NCBI GenBank assembly: GCA_965279035.1
Contig: OZ257142.1
Span: forward strand, 1,376,001 to 1,440,000
DNA from: Bacteroidia bacterium
GTDB lineage: Bacteria > Bacteroidota > Bacteroidia > M30B66
Length of the DNA stretch: 64,000 nt
Direction of reading: 5' to 3'
Under the pieces are notes generated by a model, which saw only the letters and a program-made list of their open reading frames with translations, searched no databases and was not told the DNA's origin. This document shows positions 20,224-31,447 of this stretch, one piece after another. The position numbers and the translations under genes were made by a program. Numbering within the stretch: position 1 is the stretch's first letter; each line of letters starts with the position of its first letter.

Positions 20224-21035
20224 CACGTTCCGAACTAATAGCATTTATTCGCCATCAAAAGAGTTATTTATGTGTGGGTTTGGATACTGATATTTCCAAA
20301 ATACCATTTCATCTTTTAGAAGAACCAGATCCAGTATTCGCTTTCAATAAAGCGATTATTGATGCTACAAAAGAATTTTGTGTAGCATACAAACCAAATA
20401 TTGCATTTTATGAATCGTTAGGATTGAATGGATGGATCAGTCTTCAAAAGACTCTTGACTATATTCCTTCTACACATTTTACGATTGCGGATGCTAAACG
20501 TGGAGATATAGGAAACACCTCTGCTATGTATGCTAAAACATTCTTTGATACATTTTCATTCGATAGCGTTACTGTTGCTCCCTATATGGGAAATGATTCT
20601 ATTCAACCTTTCCTCGATCGAAAGGATAAATGGACCATATTACTAGCATTAACAAGTAATTCAGGAGCTGATGATTTTGAACAACTTGAAACGAAAACAG
20701 GAGATCGAGTTTATGAGCAAGTGTTGAAAAAAGCGATTGAATGGGGAGATTCAAATCAATTGATGTTTGTTGCAGGAGCTACGCGTGTTGAAGAATTGAA
20801 ACGATTAAGGTTGTTAGTACCTGATCATTTTTTATTAATTCCAGGTGTTGGAGCCCAAGGAGGTAATCTTCAAGAGGTTTCAAATGCTGCATTGACAAAG
20901 GATATAGGGATATTAGTTAATGCTTCACGAAGTATACTCTATGCTTCAGTGGGAGAAGATTTTGCCCAAGCAGCTCAAGGAGAAGCAATGAAAATGCAAC
21001 AAGAAATGCAGTTAATTTTAGAGAACTATAGTTGA
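20220..21035 (+). CDS. pyrF: Orotidine-5'-phosphate decarboxylase
   Basis: [48 protein letters not shown]; ATGA overlap with prfA. Confidence 0.96.
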   Translation: MTRSELIAFIRHQKSYLCVGLDTDISKIPFHLLEEPDPVFAFNKAIIDATKEFCVAYKPNIAFYESLGLNGWISLQKTLDYIPSTHFTIADAKRGDIGNTSAMYAKTFFDTFSFDSVTVAPYMGNDSIQPFLDRKDKWTILLALTSNSGADDFEQLETKTGDRVYEQVLKKAIEWGDSNQLMFVAGATRVEELKRLRLLVPDHFLLIPGVGAQGGNLQEVSNAALTKDIGILVNASRSILYASVGEDFAQAAQGEAMKMQQEMQLILENYS

Positions 21036-21395
21036 TTCAAGCAGTATTTTGAATGGACTGAGTTTGATTCGAAATAGGATTGTAAGCGTTAGGTATAAAC
21101 TTAATGAGAGTAAATATAAATTATTTCCCCAAGCCTTTAATCTTTAATTGCTGTAAATCAGTTTATTAGCCTCGCACACGCGGGGGCCACCGCTAACCTC
21201 CCTCCGATGTTAATATCAACATTTTCTTTGACCTAAGTCGTATATTAAACGTTTATAAACGACTAGTAATCAACACGATTGTTGATAAATCTATGTTAAT
21301 TCTTGTTGAATTTTGCATTGCATGCAACTCTTTTGCTTGAGTTGCAAAATGATTTATTAAAGATTGCTTTCATCTTGAGGTTCTAATATCCTCTT

Positions 21396-22715
21396 ATGAT
21401 TAATGAGCAACTTTTGCATTTTGTATGGAAATTCAAATTGTACCAATCCAACGCATTAGCGCTTGTTTCAGGTGAGTCACTAGAAATTATTTCCCCAGGC
21501 ATTCATCATCAACATGCAGGTCCAGATTTTCAAAATGCTCGAGTTCGAGTTGGGAATACACTTTGGGCTGGGAATGTAGAAATTCATTGTCGTTCTTCAG
21601 ATTGGTATCGTCATAAGCATGAAAATGATGCAGCCTATCATACCATTATTTTGCATGTTGTTGCCATTCATGATATGGATGTGTTTGATTTGAATGGCCA
21701 AGTAATTCCTGTATTGGAGCTTCAAGGATTCATGAAAAAATCCATGTTGCAACGTTGGAATGATTTGTCAAACAGCTTATTTGCGATTCCATGTTCTGCT
21801 TTAGGAAGGCCAGATGTTATTACGATGCAGAATTGGTTAGATCGACTAGTTACTGAGCGCTTAGAAGAAAAGGCATTACGTATTCGTCAACTTTTAATTC
21901 TTACTAAAAATGATTGGACTGAAACTTTGTATTGTTTCATTTTCAGATCTGTGGGAATGCAATTGAATGCCGTTCCTTTTGAATTATTAGCTCGATCCAT
22001 TCCATATCGTGTATTATTAAATTATAATCAAAGCCAATTTCAACTAGAAGCCTTGTTATATGGACAAAGCGGGCTTTTACATTCAGAACATCATGATGAG
22101 TATCTGCAAGCGCTTTGGAATGAATACCGGTTCTTAGCACGTAAACACAAACTTAAACCAATAGAAAAGCATTTATGGAAATTCCTTCGATTGAGGCCTA
22201 TGAATTTTCCTACAGTGCGAATAGCGCAATTGGCCAATCTAATTAGTAAGCGCACGATTTCTCCTGAAAGCTTTCGGGAAATGAATCAATTGAAAGATTG
22301 GTTGAATTGGTTTGAAATGGAATGTTCCCCTTATTGGGAAGAACATTATGTAATGGATCACTTATCAACTAAGAAGAAAAAGCATTTCGGGAAATCTGCT
22401 AGTCAGAGTTTGCTTATGAATGCTATAGTTCCTTTTTTATTTGTTTATGCTACTCATCGGGGTGATGAAGAGCTTCGTGATCGCGTATTGGAAGTATTGT
22501 ATCAACTACCTCCAGAAAAAAATAGTATTCTCGAAACGTGGAATCAATTTGGAATTCAACCTGATTCTGCCGCTGCTTCTCAGGGTCTCATCCAACTTAA
22601 AACAAACTATTGTGATATGCGCAGATGTCTAGAATGCGCCGTTGGTCATCGTTTGCTTAAAGATGAAAACCGAAGGGAGTCGATTAATTTAAGCGGTAAG
22701 GAACCGACATTTTGA
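21396..22715 (+). CDS. DUF2851 family protein
   Basis: E.LLHFVWK, GPDF.NA, GNVEIH, W..HKH..D.AY, LRLRP.NFPT.RIAQLA, C-terminal YC...RCLECAVG. Confidence 0.88.
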   Translation: MINEQLLHFVWKFKLYQSNALALVSGESLEIISPGIHHQHAGPDFQNARVRVGNTLWAGNVEIHCRSSDWYRHKHENDAAYHTIILHVVAIHDMDVFDLNGQVIPVLELQGFMKKSMLQRWNDLSNSLFAIPCSALGRPDVITMQNWLDRLVTERLEEKALRIRQLLILTKNDWTETLYCFIFRSVGMQLNAVPFELLARSIPYRVLLNYNQSQFQLEALLYGQSGLLHSEHHDEYLQALWNEYRFLARKHKLKPIEKHLWKFLRLRPMNFPTVRIAQLANLISKRTISPESFREMNQLKDWLNWFEMECSPYWEEHYVMDHLSTKKKKHFGKSASQSLLMNAIVPFLFVYATHRGDEELRDRVLEVLYQLPPEKNSILETWNQFGIQPDSAAASQGLIQLKTNYCDMRRCLECAVGHRLLKDENRRESINLSGKEPTF

Positions 22716-23070
22716 ATTCTGGGATGCTCACTTGAAATGATTCACCATCAACTAAACGTTCGAACGTATAATTTCCGAACATCTTACCAAATTCTGATTT
22801 TAAGTTGCATGCAGATTCATATTCATATACTTCACCTGGACGAAGTACTGGCTGTTGTCCAACAACACCTGCTCCATCAACATCACGATGTTCTGAAATA
22901 GAATCTATAATGTTCCAATGACGACGAAGCAATTGTACATCATAATCACCGGTATTCTCAATCTTGATCCTATATGTGAAGAGAAAGTACATCTTCGAAG
23001 GATCTGAATACAGTTCTTGAAACTTTGTTTCTACTGTAACCCGAATGTCATTTGTAACTAGTGTGATCAT
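22684..23070 (-). CDS. apaG: ApaG protein
   Basis: F.YRI.IEN, VQLLRRHW.I.D, V.GAGVVGQQP, YESAC; ATG at 23070. Confidence 0.93.
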   Translation of the reverse strand: MITLVTNDIRVTVETKFQELYSDPSKMYFLFTYRIKIENTGDYDVQLLRRHWNIIDSISEHRDVDGAGVVGQQPVLRPGEVYEYESACNLKSEFGKMFGNYTFERLVDGESFQVSIPEFKMSVPYRLN

Positions 23071-23242
23071 AGCTTGTGTGTTTTGTTGAGACAATGTTAG
23101 GCACAAATCATCATACAAAACAAATTGGCATCCTCTGAACTCCTTGGTAGACGCGGGTTTTAGTGATTGGTTGTGTCAAAAACCGATTTGACTTTACAAA
23201 TATGCAAAAAATCTTACATCTATTTTACATGCTGATGAAGAT

Positions 23243-24547
23243 TTATTGGTTTCGAATCGAATTGACTTGTCCGACACCAATTAATTCATCATAAACTTCT
23301 GTGTATGGCCTGTAATAAAAGAGAATTTGATAATCATTCTCGGTATTAAAAAAACTTCCTTCTATATAAGATTCATCTCCTTTTCCACCTTTTGTGGACT
23401 GAAATACATAACTGTAATTGTAAATTCCTTGCTTAAGTAAGATACGCGACTTGTAATACTTATTTGGGTAATCGTAAGCAGGTTTGAAAGCCTTGTTGAA
23501 TTGCCAATCGCATAACGAACCGAATAAATAAAGGTTACCATTTACAACAGGAGCTTCAAATGGAAGTGAAAAATCAACCCAAGTATAGTCGCCATCTACT
23601 TCTGGTTCAGAACCTTCTTGATTTCGAATAAAGAATTTACCATTGGCTTCGGGTAAGGATCTATAAGATGAAAAAGCTCTAACTGGATCATCTAATAATA
23701 CTGTTTCAACCAAAACAGAATCACGAATAATCTTTTTTACTCGATCACTTTGCATTCTTAAACTTCGAATATCAACCCAACGATATTCATTACCTCCCAT
23801 AAAACAATTCGATCCATCGTCATAATCGTAATTCACCGATTGACTATTTACTGAAAACGGTTTCAACCAAATGGCATTATCCCAACGGTTATTTTGTCTT
23901 ATGACAAGTTTTACTGAGCTCGAAGCATTCGTTATATGAATTGAACTAATATCTACAACAGCATCAATCTCTTGATGAGTATCTCTCAGGCTCATCATAG
24001 TTGGTCGTTTAATACGGGCTGCCACCTTTGCCGTAGTTGTATAAACCATGAACCGTTTAGTCAACAATAAATTCTCAGGATCTCCATCTTCATAAACTTT
24101 CAGCAAATAATTCCCACTAAGCAGAATCTTCATGTTATCATTAGGAAACACCAAATTATAATGAATGTATTGTTGGCGTGTATTAAAGGAATACCTGAAA
24201 TCTTGAATCAAATCTTGCTGAAGACCTTGAATTGATCTTGACTTCATCACATTGGAAGGAGTCCAATCGGCATTGCAATGTTCTAATGAATAATACAATT
24301 GACGTTGTACAGGTTCAAGATCATCGAACTGAAGTTGTAATCGAGTATCTGAACCTAACTCTATCATTGGTAATGAGCCATCTGTTCCTAATTGTTGAAT
24401 GAATACGGTTTTGATAGATGGTCTATATATATGATCTTCATAACGTAGAAATTTATCTGAATAATAGTCGGGATCTTGATTGGTTTCTTGTGCTAGAGAA
24501 ATGAGAGTCAGGTTTAGAAACACTAGAATTAAGTATAGTTGTCGCAT
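23243..24547 (-). CDS. DUF5103 protein, probable T9SS plug
   Basis: Signal peptide; L.FDDL, HCNADW.PS, SFNT...YIHY, SGNYLLKVY, GGNEYR, LLKQG.YNY.Y, TENDY. Adjacent to apaG. Confidence 0.8.
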   Translation of the reverse strand: MRQLYLILVFLNLTLISLAQETNQDPDYYSDKFLRYEDHIYRPSIKTVFIQQLGTDGSLPMIELGSDTRLQLQFDDLEPVQRQLYYSLEHCNADWTPSNVMKSRSIQGLQQDLIQDFRYSFNTRQQYIHYNLVFPNDNMKILLSGNYLLKVYEDGDPENLLLTKRFMVYTTTAKVAARIKRPTMMSLRDTHQEIDAVVDISSIHITNASSSVKLVIRQNNRWDNAIWLKPFSVNSQSVNYDYDDGSNCFMGGNEYRWVDIRSLRMQSDRVKKIIRDSVLVETVLLDDPVRAFSSYRSLPEANGKFFIRNQEGSEPEVDGDYTWVDFSLPFEAPVVNGNLYLFGSLCDWQFNKAFKPAYDYPNKYYKSRILLKQGIYNYSYVFQSTKGGKGDESYIEGSFFNTENDYQILFYYRPYTEVYDELIGVGQVNSIRNQ

Positions 24548-24615
24548 TCGAAAAAGCTTTGATGCGAATATACAGTGTATGCTTTCAGCAATTTCTGATT
24601 ATGCATATTTGCATC

Positions 24616-26745
24616 ATGAAAATGCTAGAACAACTTGCTTCACTTACTGGAATTTCAATAAAACAGCTACAATGTGTCATCGAACTTTTCGAAAACGGAA
24701 GTACGATACCTTTCATTGCTCGCTATAGAAAAGAAATGACAGGTGGTTTGGATGAAGTTCAACTTGAAACGATTCAAGAAAGCTGGCAGCAATGGTTGAA
24801 ATTAGAAGATCGAAGAAATGCCATGATTTCTTCACTTACAGAACGAAACATCTTAACCACTGAGCTGAAAAGCTTGCTCGAGAATGCGAAAACAATTCAA
24901 GATGCAGAAGATATCTATCTTCCATACCGACCAAAGCGTAGAACTAAAGCTACAATTGCCAGAGAAAATGGTTTGGAGCCTTTAGCTAAAATGATCATGA
25001 GTCAAGGGAATGATGATACCTATCGCATGGCAAAACGATTCATTAACAAGGTTGTTTTGGATGAAGATGCTGCGCTACAAGGAGCTCGGGATATTATTGC
25101 AGAATGGATTAGTGATCATGTTGGGGCGCGTCAAACATTGAGGCAACAATTTGAACGTCATGCTACTTTGAATTGTAAAATTCAAAAGGAGAAAGAAGAA
25201 AGTGGTATGAAGTATCGAGATTACTTTAATTTCTCAGAATCACTTTCACGAATTCCTTCTCACCGTTTTATGGCTGTGATGCGAGGTGTTTCTGAAGGTT
25301 TTTTAACTATTTCTGCTTTACCAGAAGAAGATATAGCACTTGAGAAATTGAGTCGAATTTTTGTACGTTCAAAATCTGAAAGCTCAATCCAAGTTGAAAA
25401 GGCGTTGAAAGATAGTTACAAGCGCTTAATAGCTCCATCTCTTGAAAATGAAGTGCTCAGTATTATAAAGGAGAAATCCGATAAACAAGCAGTTCAGATT
25501 TTTGCAGAAAATTTACGTCAACTTCTTATGGGCGCACCTTTGGGAGAAAAACGGATCTTGGGAATTGATCCAGGCTTTCGATCTGGATGTAAATTGGTTT
25601 GTTTAGATGAAAATGGTGCCTTACTTCATAATGAAACTATTTATCCTCATGCTCCTCAGCAACAGGAAAAACAAGCCATGGCAAAAATTTCGTCCTTAGT
25701 TGCTGCTTATAATATTGATGCAATTGCTGTTGGAAATGGAACAGCTGGGAGAGAGACTGAACAAATCCTTCAGCGTATGCGATTTGAAAAACCAGTTCAA
25801 GTATTTGTTGTAAGTGAAAGCGGAGCTTCTGTTTATTCAGCTTCTAAAATTGCTCGGGATGAATTTCCTCAATATGACGTTACTGTTCGTGGTGCCGTTA
25901 GTATTGGTCGTCGTTTACAAGATCCTTTAGCTGAACTTGTAAAGATTGATCCCAAAAGCATTGGCGTTGGTCAGTATCAACATGATATAGATCAGAAATT
26001 ATTAGGTGATCGTTTAAGTAATGTTGTGTTGAGTTGTGTGAATCAAGTTGGGGTGAATGTGAATATTGCTAGTGCACATTTGCTAACATATATTTCAGGT
26101 TTAGGCCCAATGCTCGCAACAAACATTGTTGAATATAGAAACGCACAAGGTCCATTTCAAAAGCGTTCCGACTTGAAGAAGGTTCCTCGTTTAGGAGAAA
26201 AAGCGTTTGAACAATCAGCTGGTTTTTTAAGAATTGAAGGGAGCGAAAATCCTTTAGATAATAGTGCTGTTCATCCAGAGCGATATGCATTAGTTGCTCG
26301 CATGGCGAAAGATGTTGGATTGAGTTTACATGAGATTGTTGGGAAAAAAGATTTAAGAAAAGTAATTCAACCAGAACGATACGTTAGTGAAGGGGTAGGG
26401 ATGCCAACTTTAGAGGATATTTTAATCGAATTAGAAAAGCCAGGCAGAGATCCTAGGAAACAAGCGAAAGTGCTCGTATTCGATCCTTCTGTAAGTAAGC
26501 CGGATGATTTAATTCCTGGGATGATTCTTCCCGGAATTGTAACGAACATCACGGCATTTGGTGCTTTTGTGGATGTTGGTGTTAAGCAAGATGGGCTTGT
26601 TCACGTTTCTCAAATGGCCGATCGATTTATTAGTGATCCAATGGAAATTGTTAAACTCCATCAACATGTTCAAGTAAAAGTGATGGAAGTAGATTTAGCC
26701 AGAAAAAGAATCGCCTTCTCCATGAAAGGAATTCCAAGCACATAG
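24616..26745 (+). CDS. tex: Tex-family RNA-binding transcriptional accessory protein
   Basis: TIPFIARYRKEMTG.LDE, GIDPGFRSGCK, GASVYSAS, IGRRLQDPLAELVKIDPKSIGVGQYQHD, C-terminal S1 domain. Start uncertain (24601, 24616 or 24622). Confidence 0.93.
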   Translation: MKMLEQLASLTGISIKQLQCVIELFENGSTIPFIARYRKEMTGGLDEVQLETIQESWQQWLKLEDRRNAMISSLTERNILTTELKSLLENAKTIQDAEDIYLPYRPKRRTKATIARENGLEPLAKMIMSQGNDDTYRMAKRFINKVVLDEDAALQGARDIIAEWISDHVGARQTLRQQFERHATLNCKIQKEKEESGMKYRDYFNFSESLSRIPSHRFMAVMRGVSEGFLTISALPEEDIALEKLSRIFVRSKSESSIQVEKALKDSYKRLIAPSLENEVLSIIKEKSDKQAVQIFAENLRQLLMGAPLGEKRILGIDPGFRSGCKLVCLDENGALLHNETIYPHAPQQQEKQAMAKISSLVAAYNIDAIAVGNGTAGRETEQILQRMRFEKPVQVFVVSESGASVYSASKIARDEFPQYDVTVRGAVSIGRRLQDPLAELVKIDPKSIGVGQYQHDIDQKLLGDRLSNVVLSCVNQVGVNVNIASAHLLTYISGLGPMLATNIVEYRNAQGPFQKRSDLKKVPRLGEKAFEQSAGFLRIEGSENPLDNSAVHPERYALVARMAKDVGLSLHEIVGKKDLRKVIQPERYVSEGVGMPTLEDILIELEKPGRDPRKQAKVLVFDPSVSKPDDLIPGMILPGIVTNITAFGAFVDVGVKQDGLVHVSQMADRFISDPMEIVKLHQHVQVKVMEVDLARKRIAFSMKGIPST

Positions 26746-26793
26746 ATTTCCAAATCCTTGAACAAAATCAACCATTTTGCGTTCCTAGCAACC

Positions 26794-27246
26794 ATGCAAG
26801 AAGAGCAACCATTCATCAATCCGATTGATCCGGATAAAGTAGCCCAAAATCCAGGATTATTGCCCTATGCTCATACCTTAAGCAGCGGTGTAATTAAACC
26901 TGATGATTTAGGTAAGATAAAAAGTAATGCTCTGCTTGCTATGGAGCAACAAACTGAAATGCAATTGAATCAGTTGCAACAACAAATACAATTGCTCTAT
27001 AATCAAGCACAAGAGATAAAATCAAGAACAGAAATATCTGTTTGGATTTACCAATCGGATATGGGATTTGATCCTCTAGTTGGGCATACGTACCACCTCT
27101 ATGAGAAAGATGATGGAAAGCATTTTCTTTCCATGGTTGCTCCAACTGAATGGGGCAGAAGCAAGAAATTTAAACGCTTCATAGCCAGTGTTCGTTTACT
27201 AGCCGATCACACTTGGGATGTTATTTCTAAAGGTGAAAACCCTTAG
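26794..27246 (+). CDS. DUF2452 family protein
   Basis: NPGLLPYAH, F.P.VG.TYHLY, LSMVAP.EW, VRLLADHTW. Confidence 0.75.
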   Translation: MQEEQPFINPIDPDKVAQNPGLLPYAHTLSSGVIKPDDLGKIKSNALLAMEQQTEMQLNQLQQQIQLLYNQAQEIKSRTEISVWIYQSDMGFDPLVGHTYHLYEKDDGKHFLSMVAPTEWGRSKKFKRFIASVRLLADHTWDVISKGENP

Positions 27247-27266
27247 TCGAACATCTAAGTTTGAAT

Positions 27267-27301
27267 AAAAACGGATGTATTAAAATCAATACATCCGTTT
27301 T
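27267..27301. terminator. Bidirectional terminator between convergent genes
   Basis: AAAACGGATGTATT-AAAATC-AATACATCCGTTTT. Confidence 0.75.
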
Positions 27302-27307
27302 AGAAAA

Positions 27308-28852
27308 TTAATAAATCAAAGCTGCATTCACTGCTGCTCCTGCATTCAAATTTCCATACCCATGTCCATTATTAAATGTTGGATAGTTTTGGGATGTGTT
27401 TCTCAAAATAGTAAATACTTGATTCTTTGTCAGACTTGGTCTTGCACTCCATACTAATGCTGCGATTCCAGCCGACATTGCAGTTGCACAAGAACTTCCC
27501 CCAATATATGTTGGTATTGAACTACTTGCAGGAAGTGAAAGGGAATTTCGATCTGTATTACTATTGCGTTCCATGGGAATGGTAAACATAACTTCACTTC
27601 CATCGTGACAAGTTTCACAGGTGTTACCATTTTCTTGAACACCTGTAATAGCAGTACAAGCAGAATAGGCCGCTGGATAAATAACTCCCCACCAACTAGT
27701 CCAACTAAATGAAGTTCCAGCTGCCGCAAAAATCAATTTACCCTGATTGTTAGCGTAATTCACTCCGTCTTGCAAAACACTACTCGAAAATGGAGTTCCG
27801 ATACTCATACTCACAATTTTTACATCTGTTTTATTTCCCATTTTAACTAGTGCATTTTTAACTGCAGTTTTTTCGCTTGAGGCATCCAAAACAACATCAT
27901 CGCATGCTCTTATAAAATGGAGATTTGCTTTATAGGCTACTCCAGTTGTTGCATTTCCATTATTTCTCGGGCCTGTTGCTAATCCACACATACTTGTACC
28001 GTGTGTACAGGATGTAAATGCACTTGTTCCATAAGTATAGTCTGTTGTTATAGTACGCCCAACATTCGAACTTCCATTATTGAATAAAGTACTCAAGTAA
28101 TATTGTGAGGAGCTAATTCCTGCGTCAATTATCCCAATGGTTACACCTTGACCTTGAGCAACATTCCATGCATTGGGTATATTCACATTATTATAATTCC
28201 AAGGTAAACGACATCCAGGTGTTATTGTAGTCCAATCAGCAGTATTGAGCGGAGCTGTTGCAGCACTGCAGCCCGAAGATGAACGTTCTACATTGTCTGG
28301 CCAATAGTCTAAAGGCTCTATATATCGTACATTTTCAAGATTGTAAAGTGCTGTAAATGTATTTTTATCAGTAAGGCGAATAGTTAGAATAGGGAGTGTT
28401 TGATCATCCTCAACTAAGATATCTTCCCATTTGACAGGAATAGAAGCAGATTTATTTAGTTCATTCAGAATGAATTTAATGAGTTCGTCATGCACTTCTT
28501 TCCATTCTTTACTTTGAAGATTGATTTGATGAATGGAATTAGTAATATCGCCAAATCCAGATGGTTTATATCCAATTGCAACTGACTGATCACCATATTG
28601 AGAAGCACTCCAACCGACTTTCAAATCCATTTTATCCCAACGGAAATCATTTTCTTGTTCGAGTGTTTGTAGGACAATCCCATCTAATTTTTCTTTCGAA
28701 TATGCATCACCTTCTGGTGCTTTAACACTTGTCGATTTTTGTTTAAGAATAGGTCCTGAATGAATTTGATTGATCGGTTGATCTTCTTTTCTATCACATG
28801 AACTACTAAGAATAAGAGTGAATAGACTTAAAATGAGCATACTTTTTTTCAT
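27308..28852 (-). CDS. S8 subtilisin-like peptidase, lipoprotein
   Basis: Lipobox LSSSC; IGIIDAG (Asp), HGTSM (His), GGSSCATA (Ser); GYG near the C-terminus. Confidence 0.85.
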   Translation of the reverse strand: MKKSMLILSLFTLILSSSCDRKEDQPINQIHSGPILKQKSTSVKAPEGDAYSKEKLDGIVLQTLEQENDFRWDKMDLKVGWSASQYGDQSVAIGYKPSGFGDITNSIHQINLQSKEWKEVHDELIKFILNELNKSASIPVKWEDILVEDDQTLPILTIRLTDKNTFTALYNLENVRYIEPLDYWPDNVERSSSGCSAATAPLNTADWTTITPGCRLPWNYNNVNIPNAWNVAQGQGVTIGIIDAGISSSQYYLSTLFNNGSSNVGRTITTDYTYGTSAFTSCTHGTSMCGLATGPRNNGNATTGVAYKANLHFIRACDDVVLDASSEKTAVKNALVKMGNKTDVKIVSMSIGTPFSSSVLQDGVNYANNQGKLIFAAAGTSFSWTSWWGVIYPAAYSACTAITGVQENGNTCETCHDGSEVMFTIPMERNSNTDRNSLSLPASSSIPTYIGGSSCATAMSAGIAALVWSARPSLTKNQVFTILRNTSQNYPTFNNGHGYGNLNAGAAVNAALIY

Positions 28853-29026
28853 ACGATTTTTTTATTGGTGAAAATTTAGAATGTGAAAATAGAAATCTCG
28901 CTTTTTCAAAAATCAATTCAATCCGAACAAACATCAACAAGCCTGTTCATATCCATGTTAATAGGATGTTCATATTAATCAATTTAAACCCATTGAACTA
29001 TTCGAATAGTCTTTTCCTTCAATTGA

Positions 29027-30697
<1,671 letters not shown>

Positions 30698-30769
30698 GAA
30701 TTCATCATTAACTAGAATTTAATCGGAACAAAAGCTTGCTTAGGTTAATATTGTTGTGATATTCAATCT

Positions 30770-31447
30770 ATGAGCATTCTGATTATTGAAGATGAACCCA
30801 AGTTAGCCGATTTTATTCGTCAGGGACTTGAAGAAAATGGATACAAAACGGAAGTGAATTATGAAGGACTTTCTGGTCTTCAAAATGCATTACGATTTGA
30901 TTATGAATTAGTAATTCTCGACGTTATTATCCCTGGTATTAATGGAATAGAAGTTTGTAAGGGTATTCGAAAGGAAAAGCAAAATTTGCCTGTAATTCTT
31001 CTAACAGCCTTAGATACAATAAGTGATAAGCAAAAAGGTTTTGACGCAGGCGCCGATGATTATCTGGTGAAGCCATTTGAGTTTAGAGAATTATTGATGC
31101 GAGTAAAAGCCTTGACACGACGAGTTTCTGTTCAATCAAGCTCTGGGCATTTTTTAAAAGTTCTTGATCTTGAATTGGACTTGGACTTGAAACTAGCTCG
31201 ACGTGGAGGGAAAGAAATTTCCTTAACTGCTAAAGAATATCAATTGCTAGAGTTTTTGATGAGAAACAAAAACCGTGTACTTTCAAGAGCTGAAATCGCT
31301 CAAAAAGTTTGGGAAATCAATTTTGATACAGGAACCAATATTATCGATGTATATATTAACTTTCTACGAAAGAAAATAGATGCTGGTTTTGATCATCGAT
31401 TGATTCAAACGCATATTGGGATGGGTTATATTTTTAAAGACAACTAA
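30770..31447 (+). CDS. OmpR/PhoB-family response regulator
   Basis: ILIIEDE, LVILDV, GADDYLVKPF, winged-helix DVYINFLRKKID. Confidence 0.95.
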   Translation: MSILIIEDEPKLADFIRQGLEENGYKTEVNYEGLSGLQNALRFDYELVILDVIIPGINGIEVCKGIRKEKQNLPVILLTALDTISDKQKGFDAGADDYLVKPFEFRELLMRVKALTRRVSVQSSSGHFLKVLDLELDLDLKLARRGGKEISLTAKEYQLLEFLMRNKNRVLSRAEIAQKVWEINFDTGTNIIDVYINFLRKKIDAGFDHRLIQTHIGMGYIFKDN

